This document shows positions 27,301 through 38,800 of a stretch of 64,000 bases of DNA, piece by piece. The notes under the pieces are model-generated. The model was not told the DNA's origin. It saw nothing but the letters and a program-made list of their open reading frames with translations, and searched no databases. How positions within the stretch are numbered: the stretch's first letter is position 1; each line of letters starts with the position of its first letter. Location of the stretch: the NCBI GenBank assembly GCA_002269645.1, contig NIVC01002786.1, forward strand, positions 1-64,000, written 5' to 3'. The translations under genes were made by a program, and so were the position numbers. This DNA is from Macrostomum lignano (Eukaryota).

Positions 27301-28444
27301 AACAGGTGAGACTCAAACAGGTGGGATACCCCCTACAACAGGTGGGACTCCGGTGTCTCTCATAAACCGAGGCCCATTATGGGTTCAAATTGTGTCCTTG
27401 ATCTCGCAAACTCAATAACAAGTAGTATTTTGCTCACCCTTTTCTTCCGGCGTCTCCTCTTCCGGTTCAACCATTTGCTGGGCCATGGAGGCCTTCTTGT
27501 CCTCCTTGGCCTTCCGGTTGGTTGGCGCCTGAGTTTGCTGCTCGTTCTGAAACAACATTTCAAGCGAAACTGTAACTGAATAAATTTCACTTTCATAAAA
27601 CGGCCCTTTTCGGGTCTCAGTTACTTTACACTTTTCTATGGCCGCAACCGGCTTCGACCAGGCTTATTGGCTCCGGCTTCGCCTTGTATATACTCGTATA
27701 TTTTTACGTCGTAATGCGCCCTGTGTACGGTAGAAAGTAGCTACTGGTTTGGCCATAGACATCCCAAGGACCACTCAAGTAGAAGGACGAGACACTACGT
27801 TTCTTGGAAAATTATAGACTGCAAGCTTTACCAAAAAATACATTACGGAGATAGGAGGTTCTCATTTTTCAGCACAAAATTTGTTATGGCAATTCCCGTC
27901 CTTCATTCTACTTGAGTTGTTCTTGAGACATTCTTGTCTATTTAGAGCCAAGTTAAGGGAAACACAATAACACAAATCGAGTATTCCGTGTACAGCATCG
28001 CGACATCACCCCACAACCAGCGCTGAGGCCATTTTGCCCATTCCGCTGGCTCCTGAGCACATGCAAGCGCCAATACTGTACGCATGGTGTACATGGTGTA
28101 CAGAGGTCTTGACTTCCTTATCGTCAGTCGTGTACACTCAGACGGGCATCAGTTCAGCCAGCAAAACTTCAACACTGCTAACCTGAATAGGCGAAGAAGG
28201 CCTCTTGGGTCGCAAGAACACGGGTGGCGGCCGGTACATTTTCATTTCTTTGCACAGCTCAACGAAGTCTGACTGGAAGTTTCCAGTTGGCTGGTAGGAC
28301 TCTGAATGATGGGTGAATGAGTTGCAGCTTTTGATTTTATAGCTTCAGGACTGGTATTAAAGAACTCACTTTCTGCAACTCACCGTTCACCTTGTCCTCC
28401 TGTTCTTCACTTCGGGCCGACTTGTCGCTCTTCTTGCGGCCCAT
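15383..28444 (-). CDS. LRRC71: Leucine-rich repeat-containing protein 71-like, 14 coding exons, 564 aa
   Basis: Exons 28444-28384, 28301-28183, 27546-27438, 27129-27079, 26149-25939, 24987-24841, 23647-23488, 22919-22746, 20548-20438, 20079-20007, 19671-19535, 19127-19013, 17691-17576, 15493-15383 are all GT-AG, phase-consistent, and sum to 1695 nt. Motifs ALRTNRTLIHLSLSNNRVSDRGA, FYLTHEETVERRRLL, HPLLERV..PGNHVLTLLNLSRNLITDKG and SRDPV match LRRC71 as recalled. Confidence 0.88.
15838..17238 (+). mobile_element. 5'-truncated non-LTR retrotransposon (I group, LOA/R1-like) with (GTCAA)n tail and 132-bp flanking direct repeat
   Basis: Contains the RNase H and CCHC end of ORF2 and a tandem tail at ~17213-17235. 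Identical 132-bp repeats lie at 15706-15837 and 17239-17370. Confidence 0.9.
15907..17115 (+). CDS. C-terminal 402 aa of LINE ORF2: RT thumb/linker, RNase H, CCHC zinc knuckle
   Basis: RNase H catalytic motifs CYTDGS, FQNEVLAI, IHSDSQAAL and GNELADTLAK. C-terminal TGHGYLARH...CPFCECDNEDAQHFVCHCP. No stops. Confidence 0.88.
   Translation: MSAPPSAPYDGLNAFLNIPPLDIFVRREAAKTARRLADAGIRIQPHRAMAKRKLLPHADLCLKDLRDSGGLHVLSDGEPRTLNLFQRYKVTIPSRDAANDHWNFQEVHCYTDGSIKDGRAGFGVCIIINGRVIATHAQHTGRLSTVFQNEVLAISSCAAELNAKVTRGKTIVIHSDSQAALQALCHTTTNSRTVADCARQLNLLARSNTVRLKWIPGHAGFPGNELADTLAKRGGSGSFFGPAPLVPMPLTVINRQIDDWADSLHRDRWAGTQNCRQSRAAVPCPSHRLRNILLNQNRKDIRALVMTLTGHGYLARHCFLRGDLESEICPFCECDNEDAQHFVCHCPFFNRDRLRYLGPNPSIDEVCQPDSIPRLIQFLRATRRASFFPTEDHAAGRTGGPP
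18207..18732 (-). mobile_element. Small TIR element (~32-bp inverted repeats) carrying a degraded HTH-like, Tc1/IS630-type transposase N-terminus
   Basis: TAATTTGGTCCAACAAGCATCAATTTGGTCCA (18207-18238) is inverted at 18701-18732 with 1 mismatch. The internal minus-strand frame reads EALDRGEHPKYIARLLNVKENMVCSI, and a later frame reads TITRALEKRLKIVG. Confidence 0.45.
19335..19419 (-). mobile_element. tRNA-derived SINE head in LRRC71 intron
   Basis: Minus strand GGCTGGATAGCTCAGCGGTTAG...GAGTTCGATTCCCTGTGCAGCC has A and B boxes and a partial acceptor stem. The anticodon arm is defective, and it is followed by ATTTGGGGCT as in the 12141 SINE. Confidence 0.55.
21010..21440. repeat. Copy of a dispersed repeat also at ~15640-15837/17239-17460 and ~26645-26890 (all in LRRC71 introns)
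   Basis: Shared core aattttattgcc...atgtacatttcagtg..ctgctaatgtacatta..gctgaa..aattagca...tttacg.ctgcaagc. Confidence 0.7.
21990..22292. repeat. 25-bp minisatellite (TTGGACCCTGGATGAGGGTAGCTTA)n
   Basis: Tandem units. Confidence 0.92.
23045..23420. repeat. 21-bp minisatellite (GGAGGGTTGTACTGTTCACAG)n
   Basis: Tandem units. Confidence 0.95.
23760..24822. repeat. Two adjacent ~21-bp minisatellites: (CAGGGAGGTTTGCAATGATCA)n then (ATCAGAAATCYCAAATMTGCA)n
   Basis: Tandem units; the switch between them is at ~23965. Confidence 0.93.
25035..25918. repeat. 25-bp minisatellite (AGAGTGGCACAGGTCAGACCCCTGC)n, very homogeneous
   Basis: About 35 near-identical units filling the intron between LRRC71 exons 5 and 6. 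Confidence 0.97.
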
Positions 28445-31288
28445 TTTTAGTTTTTTAGCGACCCTGTAAATTGTTTACAGCATTGTTAATTATTTTATGC
28501 AACACTCTCAGTCAAACAAAAATGCATAACCATCCATAGATAAATTTGTGAATCTATCCAAGGCAGCCAAGATGCTACCCATTTTTGTCATATGGATAAT
28601 AGTACTTTAAGTAAAAAAATCTTAAGCCAAAAAGTCAGTAATATATATAAATGAAACCAATCAGCATACTAATTCCATCACTACAATTTAGTATTATTAA
28701 TTGAAACTAATTTTTAATTCACGAAATTTCTGCCATTTTTGATTCAAGTAATGTAAGTAATTTTGGTGATTTAGGCATATTATGATTCAATTAAGATCAA
28801 AGTGACAATGAGACTTTATTGTGCAGCAAAATACGAAATATACTCTATGAAATAGGCTTACACTTTACACACTTAAACTTGCATACAATTTATCTCTTAG
28901 TCTTCGCTATCTGTATGAAACGTATGAAATATCGCATTAAAAATTCTTGTGTCTAAGTTAATATTAGATATATAAAATCTTAAGTTTTCAATAGTCTACT
29001 CTATATTCGTGCCGTGGCCGTGATAGTATAAGTCATTACGTTTGTTTCCAGTATTGGTTTCACGTTAATCCTATTCAAGAAAAGCTGAAGCAGGTAGCAA
29101 AAATACTACTTCATTTTAAACGAAACAATAAAAATTCTAGGATTTGAAGTCATATTAAAACTACAGCCTAAAGGGCCCAACAACACGTTATTCTACTGCT
29201 CATAAGCGACCGACAATGGACTGAATTTAAATAATATACAGCCAAATACAGGGAACAGGTATGCCTTTTTTGCTCTTCTCAATATAAACCGTTAAGTTGA
29301 CCCAATATAAATATGAAGTACAACTCTTTAGCAAAGCAAATCTACAGATCTTTAGTAGAATAGGGCTAGATTAAGATTAAGACGCTAATAGTTAATAAAT
29401 ATTAAATTACGTACATCAAGTCCTTCGTAGAAAAAACGCACAGATCGGTTGCTTTTAAAAGAAGAAAATGTAAACTTTACCTTAGCAATGTTTTAAACAA
29501 ACAATTACTAAATTATGTAACTAAATATCTCTATTATCGCGTTAAACTCTGTATAACTTGTAAATTAAAACTTAAAACTTGAATCTTGGTTATAACACCC
29601 AGAGTTTCTTTTTTATTGCTCGTTTAAAAATTTAAAATTTGTTTTAGGAAATCCATGGGTCTGGTTTCGATATTAAAATACAATTTGATAAAATTCTCTT
29701 TTATCCTATGCTGGATTTTCTAGGAATAATCAAAGCCTTTTATTCTTAGAAGTTGGAGTTGGATGAAAGGAAAACAACAAGTGTTGAATTACCAACTATT
29801 TTTCCAGTGTTTCAGTGTACACGTAGTGCAATTAAGACGAAGAGGGGAGGCCCCTTGCGCGCAAGCGCTCGCAGAACAGGCGGGAGGGGCAGGCACTAGC
29901 AGCCTGGATGGATCAGCTCAAGCGCCTGCAAGTCATGCAGGGGCAGAGCTGGGATCAAACAGCTGCCTCCCTGGGCTTGAGGGGATCGTACGTTGGGAGG
30001 CACTTATACCTCCGTTGAAATTTGATATCATTGCTTTATCTGAAAGGGGAAACCATCCAGGGGAAGTCAGGGTGCACGAGATCATATGTCCGCAGTGATA
30101 ATAAAGAATTAAATGGTCAAACATGTATATGTATAATAAAATGTACATGCATATGTTATGTTATTTCATGCATACGAGGAGGCACTGCAAAAGTTTTCAC
30201 CCATATTACTATACATTTATATACATGTAAAAGCCTGTCATCAGCTTTCTCAGACTCTGCGGCCGTCTTTTGCAACTGTAACCGCGTGTGCTGCATGGTT
30301 CCAGCTCTGTCAAAAACCCTTGGTATAAAATGACGTACCGGAAATTTTGGTTTGGCGTTACTATAGAAGCATATTACATGTATTTTTGTATACTCTTTTC
30401 TGGCGACAATAATAAGCCGGGGCAAAGCGTCAATGAAAAGACACAAGCCATATTGTGCAACAATATAGCAATGCATGGCTGCGGGGGGGCATTAAAGATC
30501 CCCATGACCAAAAGGAGGCCCAATTGTGTAAATTTGCCAAACTAAATGGAGACAATAAGTGTGCGTGCCGTTTATTGTGATCTTGCGTAGCTCTGCGCAT
30601 ACAATGGCTAAGAATGCATGCACTGAATGTACGTGCTTAATTGCAGTCTGTAATGTTTACTTCTCTCAATTGATGAGGACGCACTTTTTCCCAAATCCCG
30701 CGCTAGCACATGGGCTCTAAACTTACTTGCCTACTAACAGTGGGCAGTGGGCATTTTTATCCTTTTTCTGCGAATTTTCATAGAATCTATACTAGATATA
30801 ATGTCTGGCCATACTAGTAGTCATAATAACATAGGCGCAGCTTTTTGGGTCATAAATCATCGCTTTCGAAGCTGATCTGACAGCCACCTGCGCCTCACTC
30901 AGTGTTGAAGCGGGCGCCAGATGGTCTGAGAGGATGCGGGCGGTAGCTTTTTTCTCATCATTTTGACAGGCCATCAAGATTTATGAGGTCAGAGCCTATT
31001 GTTCGGATTCACTCAAGCGTGTGACAGCTTTGACAGCTATGCGTTTTACCCCTAAAAGTACCTTGGGATTAGCGATTAGCGATTTCTCTTCATTATCTTC
31101 ACTTTCTATTTAATAAGAGCTTTCTAATGTATATTTTTTCATTAATTTCTGTCAATCCTACGCGAAAAGTCATAAATCATTTTGTTGCGATTTTGAGTGA
31201 TTTATGGCCGCACCTGTCATCTTTTTACGACCCTGTGGGAACTGATAGGATCTCTCGGTCACGTGATTCTGGGTGGCAACGAGCTTAG

Positions 31289-31390
31289 CCAATCAGAAAA
31301 TTCGGCGCTCACTTTAACAAAACGGCTCGGCCAATCAGAATCGACGTGTTCCGTTATAACAAACTGCGGTCCAGTTGGCGGCTATTTAAA
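31289..31390 (+). promoter_or_regulatory. Candidate Pol II promoter: two CCAAT boxes 42 bp apart plus TATTTAAA
   Basis: AGCCAATCAG (CCAAT at 31289), GGCCAATCAG (CCAAT at 31331) and TATTTAAA at 31383-31390. No downstream gene was identified. Confidence 0.4.
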
Positions 31391-32189
31391 CCGGAGTTTT
31401 TGGCCCGCTCGGACTCAACTTCTTCTTACTTTGGCTCGGGCCCAGCGCGCAACTTCTGGTTCCCGGAGCACGACCGTCGTTTCTTGATCCCCGGATTGCA
31501 ACTTCCCCCATCATCATCAAGGACGAGTCCCCCGGTCGACAGCAGCGAACATCCAGTTAAGAGCATCACCTGCTAGCTAACAGCGAAGATTGTGACAGCA
31601 TCATCCCGAGTCTACAGCTGCAGAGCATCGAGCCGATTCGGTCACTGTGGAATACCTGGTCTCCTGCTGTTGAGTTTCTGATTGGTTGGGTGAGAGGCTA
31701 CCTAGACTTGCTTGATTGGGTGATCCCTTTTCTGTCCCCTGTTGCAGTAGCTGAATTAGGCGCACACTTTTGCTCATTTTGTTCAGTAGTGCTGTTGCTG
31801 AGGCAGAAATCATTCAATAATACTGCTAGTAGTCTAAGACTCCAATTCGATCTGAAGTGTGAAGAGAACTAAGGAGAAGGTTAAATCTAACAGTTATCTT
31901 TGTCGGCTTTATTTCTTTGTTCGCCGATGGCTCAGATGAGTAGCTAAGCTAGTAGGCGCCGGTCACAGTGGACCAATGGCAAGGCAGTTCTCAGTCGACC
32001 AATCTAACAAATCAGTGAGCAAAACTGCCAAAAGTGCAGAATCGGCGCCAGAGATGTACTTTGTGCACTCTAGGGTAGCCAAGCGGCTCGGGTAAATGAA
32101 TCATGCGGTCTCTGAAGTTCGAGTTAGCCTATCATCAGCGCTATGAGAGGCTAGTTGGCGCGTTGAAGGCCAAAAGTACATATCTTCGT

Positions 32190-32690
32190 ATTTAGCAATG
32201 TAATAGTACATGCAGCTACCCCATAGACTCGCCACCGCAAGAATCCCCTGCACAAGTCCCCTCTGTACCTGCATGGCCAACGCGATCTAGTCCCAGCAGT
32301 GTCCCTTATCATCGGCTATGACTTCGAGATTGACAGCAAAAAGACACTAGTTGGCAGGTAAGTGCAAAGCCCCTTCTAGTCGGAAGCCCGATTTCGAGAG
32401 TCCCGGTGTGGTGAGCCAGGGCGCACGGGCTGGTGGCAGCAAGTTAGTTGATCTGCGGATTAGCTAATTTCTACTTTCAAAATTCTCCCTGCTCGTCTCT
32501 CGCTGTCCCTCTCTTAGCTACGATAGGAGTCTATAGGACCTAGACTGCTCGCCACACGATCAAGCTACCATGGGGCTGACCATCTGACAGGAGTGGGGGG
32601 CCAGGTCTCTAATTGATTTATTTCTGAGCCTGAGGCTGGAAGGCTTCCCTAACAAGGAGCCCGAAGGTCGAAACCCATCACAATTCAGAG
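32190..32690 (+). pseudogene. Possible degraded Penelope-like element, GIY-YIG C-terminal remnant
   Basis: A frame with stops reads RH..K SPLYLHGQ...GYDFEIDSKKTL...RKPDFES, resembling the EH..SA..H..H.FD..IL..RK..ES pattern of Penelope endonucleases. Weak. Confidence 0.3.
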
Positions 32691-33079
32691 TAAACTTTTT
32701 TCAGAAAAGTTCATCTTTTTTCCGGGGACTTTGCAGAGAAAAAAGGCAATTGTGTAGAAAAGCAAGATTCTGTACTACTACATCTGTATGGCTTCTGTTT
32801 GGGCCTTCTAATTAGATTAAAACCGATACTTTGTTTAAGCTAGTTTGAGTACATTCAGCATCCTTACTCTCATCACCTCTTCTCACTCCTCCATCTCTCC
32901 CTGTAGCTGCCGCTATATAGAGTGCCTGAGAAAGTGAAGAGTCTGTAGCTGCAGTGTCTTCCATCTCTGCAGAGTGCCCGCAGCTTCTGCCTGACATGAT
33001 GAAACTAATGAAACTTATGAAACTAATAGAAAATTAAGGCTATTACAACCCTTAATAATCAACATTCTCACTTTTCTAT

Positions 33080-33560
33080 ACACTGTATCTCGGCTCCCTT
33101 ATCTCTACTCTCCTTTACATATTTCATCGCCTATCTCATTCCCCTTATCTCTACTCTCCTTTACATATTTCATCGCCTATCTCATTCCCCTTATCTCTAC
33201 TCTCATTTACTTACATATTTCATCTCCTATCTCATTCCTCTTATCTCTACTCTCCTTTACATATTTCATCTCCAATCTCATTCCCCTTATCTCTACTCTT
33301 CTTTACATATTTCATCTCCTATCTCATTCCCTTTATCTCTACTCTCCTTTACATATTTCATCTCCTATCTCATTCCCTTTATCTCTACTCTCCTTTACAT
33401 ATTTCATCTCCTATCTCATTCCTCTAATCTCTACTCTCATCTTCATTTCTCTTCTCCATTTCTCAGCTCACTTATATCTATTCTCAGTTCCATCTCTCTT
33501 CTCCATATTACGACTCCCTTATCTCTATTCTCATTTTCTCATTCACTCCCAATCTCTTCC
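33080..33560. repeat. ~46-bp pyrimidine-rich tandem repeat (CTATCTCATTCCCCTTATCTCTACTCTCCTTTACATATTTCATCTC)n
   Basis: Tandem units. Confidence 0.9.
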
Positions 33561-33954
33561 TGTTGAACTCCACTTTGTCTCTCTACAACCTCCATGTCAA
33601 TGTTCCTAATACGCAGCTACCTGTGTAGTCCTGCATTCTGTATTCAATTTCTATTGTCCTTCTCAGCCTCGTTTATTCATAGCTGCAAACGGCGGAACTG
33701 AGCCTTCGCGTGTGCAAAAAATGTGAAGCTGCAAAGAGAGCATATTCAACTGTCGGAACCATATGCTCAGGAAAAATGTATTCTCTTTGTCTGATTTTGT
33801 AGGCCAAAAGATAATACAATCTGACATGAGTCTGAGCCCCCCATTGTGATTCAGTCTCAAAGCAAATAGTCTTCTCAATGGTTTCGACATTTGCTCAAAA
33901 TTTCAACATATAGAAATACTTTTATAATATATACAATACTGCAATGGCACAGGT

Positions 33955-34548
33955 GAGAGCAGCTACACTGGTGTGTGAGCAGCTACACTGGTGTGTGAGC
34001 AGCTACACTGGTGTGTGAGCAGCTACACTGGTGTGTGAGCAGCTACACTGGTGTGTGAGCAGCTACATTGGTGTGTGAGCAGCTACACTGCTGTGTGAGC
34101 AGCTACACTGGTGTGTGAGCAGCTACACTGGTGTGTGAGCAGCTACAGTGGTGTGTGAGCAGCTACACTGCTGTGTGAGCAGCTACACTGGTGTGTGAGC
34201 AGCTACAGTGGTGTGTGAGCAGCTACACTGCTGTGTGAGCAGCTACAGTGGTGTGTGAGCAGCTACAGTGGTGTGTGAGCAGCTACATTGGTGTGTGAGC
34301 AGCTACATTGGTGTGTGAGCAGCTACACTGCTGTGTGAGCAGCTACACTGCTGTGTGAGCAGCTACACTGGTGTGTGAGCAGCTACACTGGTGTGTGAGC
34401 AGCTACATTGGGGGGTGTGTGAGCAGCTACACTGCTGTGTGAGCAGCTACACTGCTGTGTGAGCAGCTACACTGGTGTGTGAGCAGCTACACTGCTGTGT
34501 GAGCAGCTACACTGGTGTGTGAGCAGCTACACTGGTGTGTGAGCAGCA
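33955..34548. repeat. 20-bp minisatellite (GAGCAGCTACACTGGTGTGT)n
   Basis: About 29 tandem units. Confidence 0.96.
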
Positions 34549-34653
34549 CATTGGTATTTGAGCAGCTACGGAGCGTAAAAAAACAGCATAGCAACAAGAA
34601 ATGGAAATGGCACAGGTGCATTGCACAGTGTTCGCAAAAAGACCGGCACTCAC

Positions 34654-34724
34654 TGAGTGGCCTGCTGGATCTGCCGCATGGTCAGCGAAGTGCTCGGAGT
34701 GGGTGACGGCGTCGATGTCGACAT
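34654..34724 (-). CDS. Possible first coding exon of an unidentified gene (MSTSTPSPTPSTSLTMRQIQQATQ)
   Basis: ATG at 34724, GC-rich exon-like composition and a GTGAGT donor at 34653. Downstream exons could not be established. Confidence 0.28.
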
Positions 34725-35124
34725 GATTGCAGCTTTTTACAAAACAAACAACAAAAGAATTGTTTCCTATAGTAAAAGCATGCAGCAGGCGGGTAACGAA
34801 AAGAGCTGGGAGAGAAATTTCCAAATTTAAATTTGCTTCGGCATAAAACGAGACAAGACAATGCAGATGGACCGGTTGCCATGGGCCAGATCATGGGCGA
34901 GGAATGAGCGGCTGCATTTTTACTTGATTATTGAGCCGGCTGCATCAATTCCGCCCACATGTCCGCACTTGTTTCTGCACGCCTGCTGCAGTTTTCTATG
35001 AAAGGAATTGGACAGCCAATCATGACTCAGCTCTTCTACTCTGCTGATCGTTTAGCAGTTCTAGCTTGGAATCTAGAGTGGAACAACCATTGTGTTCTAG
35101 TGAGCGCGGCGGCGCACGCAGAGG

Positions 35125-35840
35125 GACGCCTACCAAGAGACAGTGGCGCCTACCAAGAGACAGTGGCGCCTACCAAGAGACAGTGGCGCCTACCAAGAGA
35201 CAGGGGCGCCCACCAAGAGACAGTGGCGCCTACCAAGAGACAGGGGCGCCCACCAAGAGACAGGGGCGTCCACCAAGAGACAGGGGCGTCCACCAAGAGA
35301 CAGGGCGCCATCAAGAGACAGGGGCGCCCACCAAGAGACAGGGGCGCCTACCAAGAGACAGGGGGGCGCCCACCAAGAGACAGGGGCGCCCACCAAGAGA
35401 CAGGGGCGCCCACCAAGAGACGGGGGCGCCTACCAAGAGACAGGGGCACCCACCAAGAGACAGGGGCACCCACCAAGAGACGGGGGCGCCCACCAAGAGA
35501 CAGTGGCGTCCACCAAGAGACAGGGGCGCCCACCAAGAGACAGGAGCGCCCACCAAGAGACAGGAGCGCCCACCAAGAGACGGGGCGCCCACCAAGAGAC
35601 AGGAGCGCCTACCAAGAGACAGTGGCGCCTACCAAGAGACAGTGGCGCCTACCAAGAGACGGAGGCGCCCACCAAGAGACAGGGGCGCCCACCAAGAGAC
35701 GGGGGCGCCTACCAAGAGACAGGGGCACCCACCAAGAGACGGGGGCGCCCACCAAATAGACAGGGGCGTCCACCAAATAGACAGGGGCGCCCATCAAGAG
35801 ACAGGGGCGCCCATCAAGAGACAGGGGCGCCCACCAAGAA
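35125..35840. repeat. 21-bp GC-rich minisatellite (CACCAAGAGACAGGGGCGCC.)n
   Basis: Tandem units; the overlapping long ORFs are 7-aa periodic artefacts. Confidence 0.95.
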
Positions 35841-38800
35841 ATCAGATATTGGTGCCTCAGTTAGAGTTTCGCATCCAGGTTACTTCAATTAAAATTCTTG
35901 CGCACGTCACTTACTAAAAAGTACGTAACACATTACGATCTTTAAACTCAGTTTTTCGTTCGCAGCTATACATGCGTGTACATGTACACGTGACCCAGAT
36001 ATAAAGAAAATATGCTGACCGAACTTCTTGCAACCGGTGTCAAAAGATTGCTTGTTTTCTGGCAATGGTAATGCGTGGTTTTGGCTAAAAAATTCAGAGA
36101 TCGAAGTGGGTAAAAAATCCCAAATATTTTATAACTAAAAGCATCAGCATCAGTTCAAGTGCTTGGAAAGTCTGTCATTGTGGGGGACAGAATACTCTAA
36201 TAAAGTTATTCCAAAACATGCACTGTACATTTGCTATGTACATTAAGCCCTATCACCTGATCCTTGCTCTGGGGGAATGAGCTGGATGAGTCCGATGAGA
36301 GGCACAACAGAAAAAGCAGACAAACTTCACTTGCCTACAGTTTCTGTCCTAATTGAGGTACAAAGTTGAGACTACATGTATATTTAGCTAGATAATGAGT
36401 CAATGAAGAATTGTATCAAGTTTGAAGTCAATCGCTGTACGTGGAGCAAACTTAATGCCAGCTGCATGAAAGTTAGTTAATTTTAAACGGCCTTTCACAC
36501 ACATCTGTCCAGTGGCCAGGAAGGAGAGAGAGGCGGAGGTTGGGGTGGCTGTCTCGCTGACGAAAAGCAGACTAACTTTAAAAGTACACAGTGCCGTTCA
36601 GAATTAACTTCGAGACTCAAACTTTATACGATTGTGCCAAAATAGTTGAAAATTGATTGTGTCCAATTTGAAGAGGATTGGTAAAAGTGGAGCGATGCTA
36701 TAGAGGATTTAGTGAAATTCTTGCGAAACTGGACAAGCCAATTGTCTCTATAGCTATAACTACAACTGCCTGAGTTCGGCTAGCCAAATTGCTGCTTGCC
36801 GGTTTTGGTGGATTCTCGATAGCAGATTTCGGCTAGCTAAATCCTCGCTAGCAAAATTCCTGCTAGCAAGCTTCGGCTGGCAAACTTCAGCTAGCAAATT
36901 TCGGCTAGCAAACTTCGGCCAGCAGATTACCTGCTAGCAAATGTCATAGACCCCAATTCTTCTTTTCTAACTTTTTATTATTTTTTTTATTATTTTTAAT
37001 TATTATCCTTATTGTTATCAACATCATCATTAAATGCGCACGCCGATGGTTCCAATTCGCCCAGAGTAGCTAAATTGGCGGCAACGTAACGCGCCTCCTC
37101 GCTGCATCGATGCCCGGACCCCCTGCAGCTACCTGAAATTCATTCCTGTACCTGAGTCAAGTAAAAGCAGGGTTGCTGATTTTTATATGTGACATTTTAC
37201 CAAATATTTTACACAAAAAATGAATGCAAGAAACTGCATTGTGAATAAACACTTCAGACGTAACAGGAAGTTAAAATCTTATTCTCACAACAGAGTTCAA
37301 GATTTAATTTTTGGATACCAAGATGAACCCTAATCAGGGCATTTTTATTTAACTCTTCTATTCCCTCTCCTTTCCCCTCTCATCTGACCCGCAGCCATGA
37401 GCTAAATTCTTTATCTAGCTGAAGCTGGTCTATGATCATGAGGTAAAAAGTCTGCTAATTAACTCCTGAGTCCTGACATTCAGCCAATTTTCTTAGAATA
37501 GCTTAAATTAAAGAGTTTTATGTAAAGTTTTTAAAAATAAAAAAGGCACTTTTAATGAAACTATGAGTAGGTAATTGAATCTGTAGCGAAAAGTAAAAAC
37601 AATAGTTTTTTGTATATAGGTTTGTTTTATTGCATAAATATAGGTTGATTAAAGAAATATTTAGGCAATTGTTTGTACAAAAAAGATAATTTGATCAGAG
37701 CCGACGCCGGCGGTCTTAGCGCCGGTGGGCCGCAGCGGATACACAACTAGGGCCTTGGTCGAAGCCTGCGGCAGTGCCGCCTATTGTATACTACTGTACT
37801 GTACTGTTTTTAGTCATTAAAACTTTACATTATTATAGAGCTAGGTTAATTAATGATGTAGGGCCTAATAACAATGCCAATTGACAATGTGGCATAGGCC
37901 TAGGCCCTAAGTCTAAACTCTGAATTATTTTTTTGTATGTATAACAGTATTGTCAATAAAAAAGACCTACCATCCATTATATAGTGGAGAGGAGATCCTC
38001 CAAAGGAGTAGTAACTAAGGATAAGGTATATGTTATTCAAATTTAAAGTAAAATAAAAACCTTATTTAATGCCATTTTATATCAAACTTTCTTTTTTATT
38101 ATAGATCCTAATCTAGTCTAGACAGATTTAGCATTAGTAGGGACTTCAGTAAGGGTCTCATGATTTGCTAGTATTATAGAAAGCAAATTTAGTGAAAACT
38201 CAAACTAGCCCTAAGTAGATTTTTGCAATAAAAAACTTTAGAATAAAATTATATAAAATTGTAGGCAAGAATATACTAAAAAGAGGAGAAAAATGTGGCA
38301 GTCTTGCAAATTCTTTTGTGTAATTAAGTCAATCTAATGTGCCAATAATCATTTGTAAAAGTTTAAATAAACTTAAAATAATTAGGCCTATGTAAAACAA
38401 ACTGCAAGATTGCCAAAATGTTTTGTCTTAAAAGGAAAAACTTTTAAAAGTAGGCCTAGGCCTATTTTTCTGGCTTTTATTGCAGTAATAGTAGGCCTAA
38501 ACTATATTATATTTTTATTGAAATGGCTCTAAAAAAGTTTAGCTACTGTCCTTATCTGTAACTGCACTACTTTCTTTAGGCCTTATGTATGTTATAAGAT
38601 AATACAAACAAGATTGAAACAGTTTAAGGGTTGATAAATTTTAAGCTAGCTTTATAACCTTTACTCTTTCATTGATCATCTATTAGACTAGTTGGTAAAT
38701 GATAATATTTGATCAATTTCACAATTAAATTGCAAGCCTACCACAAGAATTACAAAAGATCATAAAAATTCATAAAATTAACCAGATAGTTCTAAAAAAT

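Noticed and set aside
29835-30015. Frame reading QALAAWMDQLKRLQVMQGQSWDQTAASLGL, resembling an XRE-type HTH
   Set aside because: Short, no start or splice context, and similarity is only impressionistic.
32640-32690. Hammerhead-ribozyme-like CTAACAA...GGTCGAAAC after the putative Penelope remnant
   Set aside because: The core CUGAnGA has two substitutions, and no stem III/NUH cleavage site could be built.
37695-37790. GC-rich hairpins followed by CTAG (Helitron 3' end or HDV-like ribozyme)
   Set aside because: No following T target and no HDV pseudoknot core recognisable.
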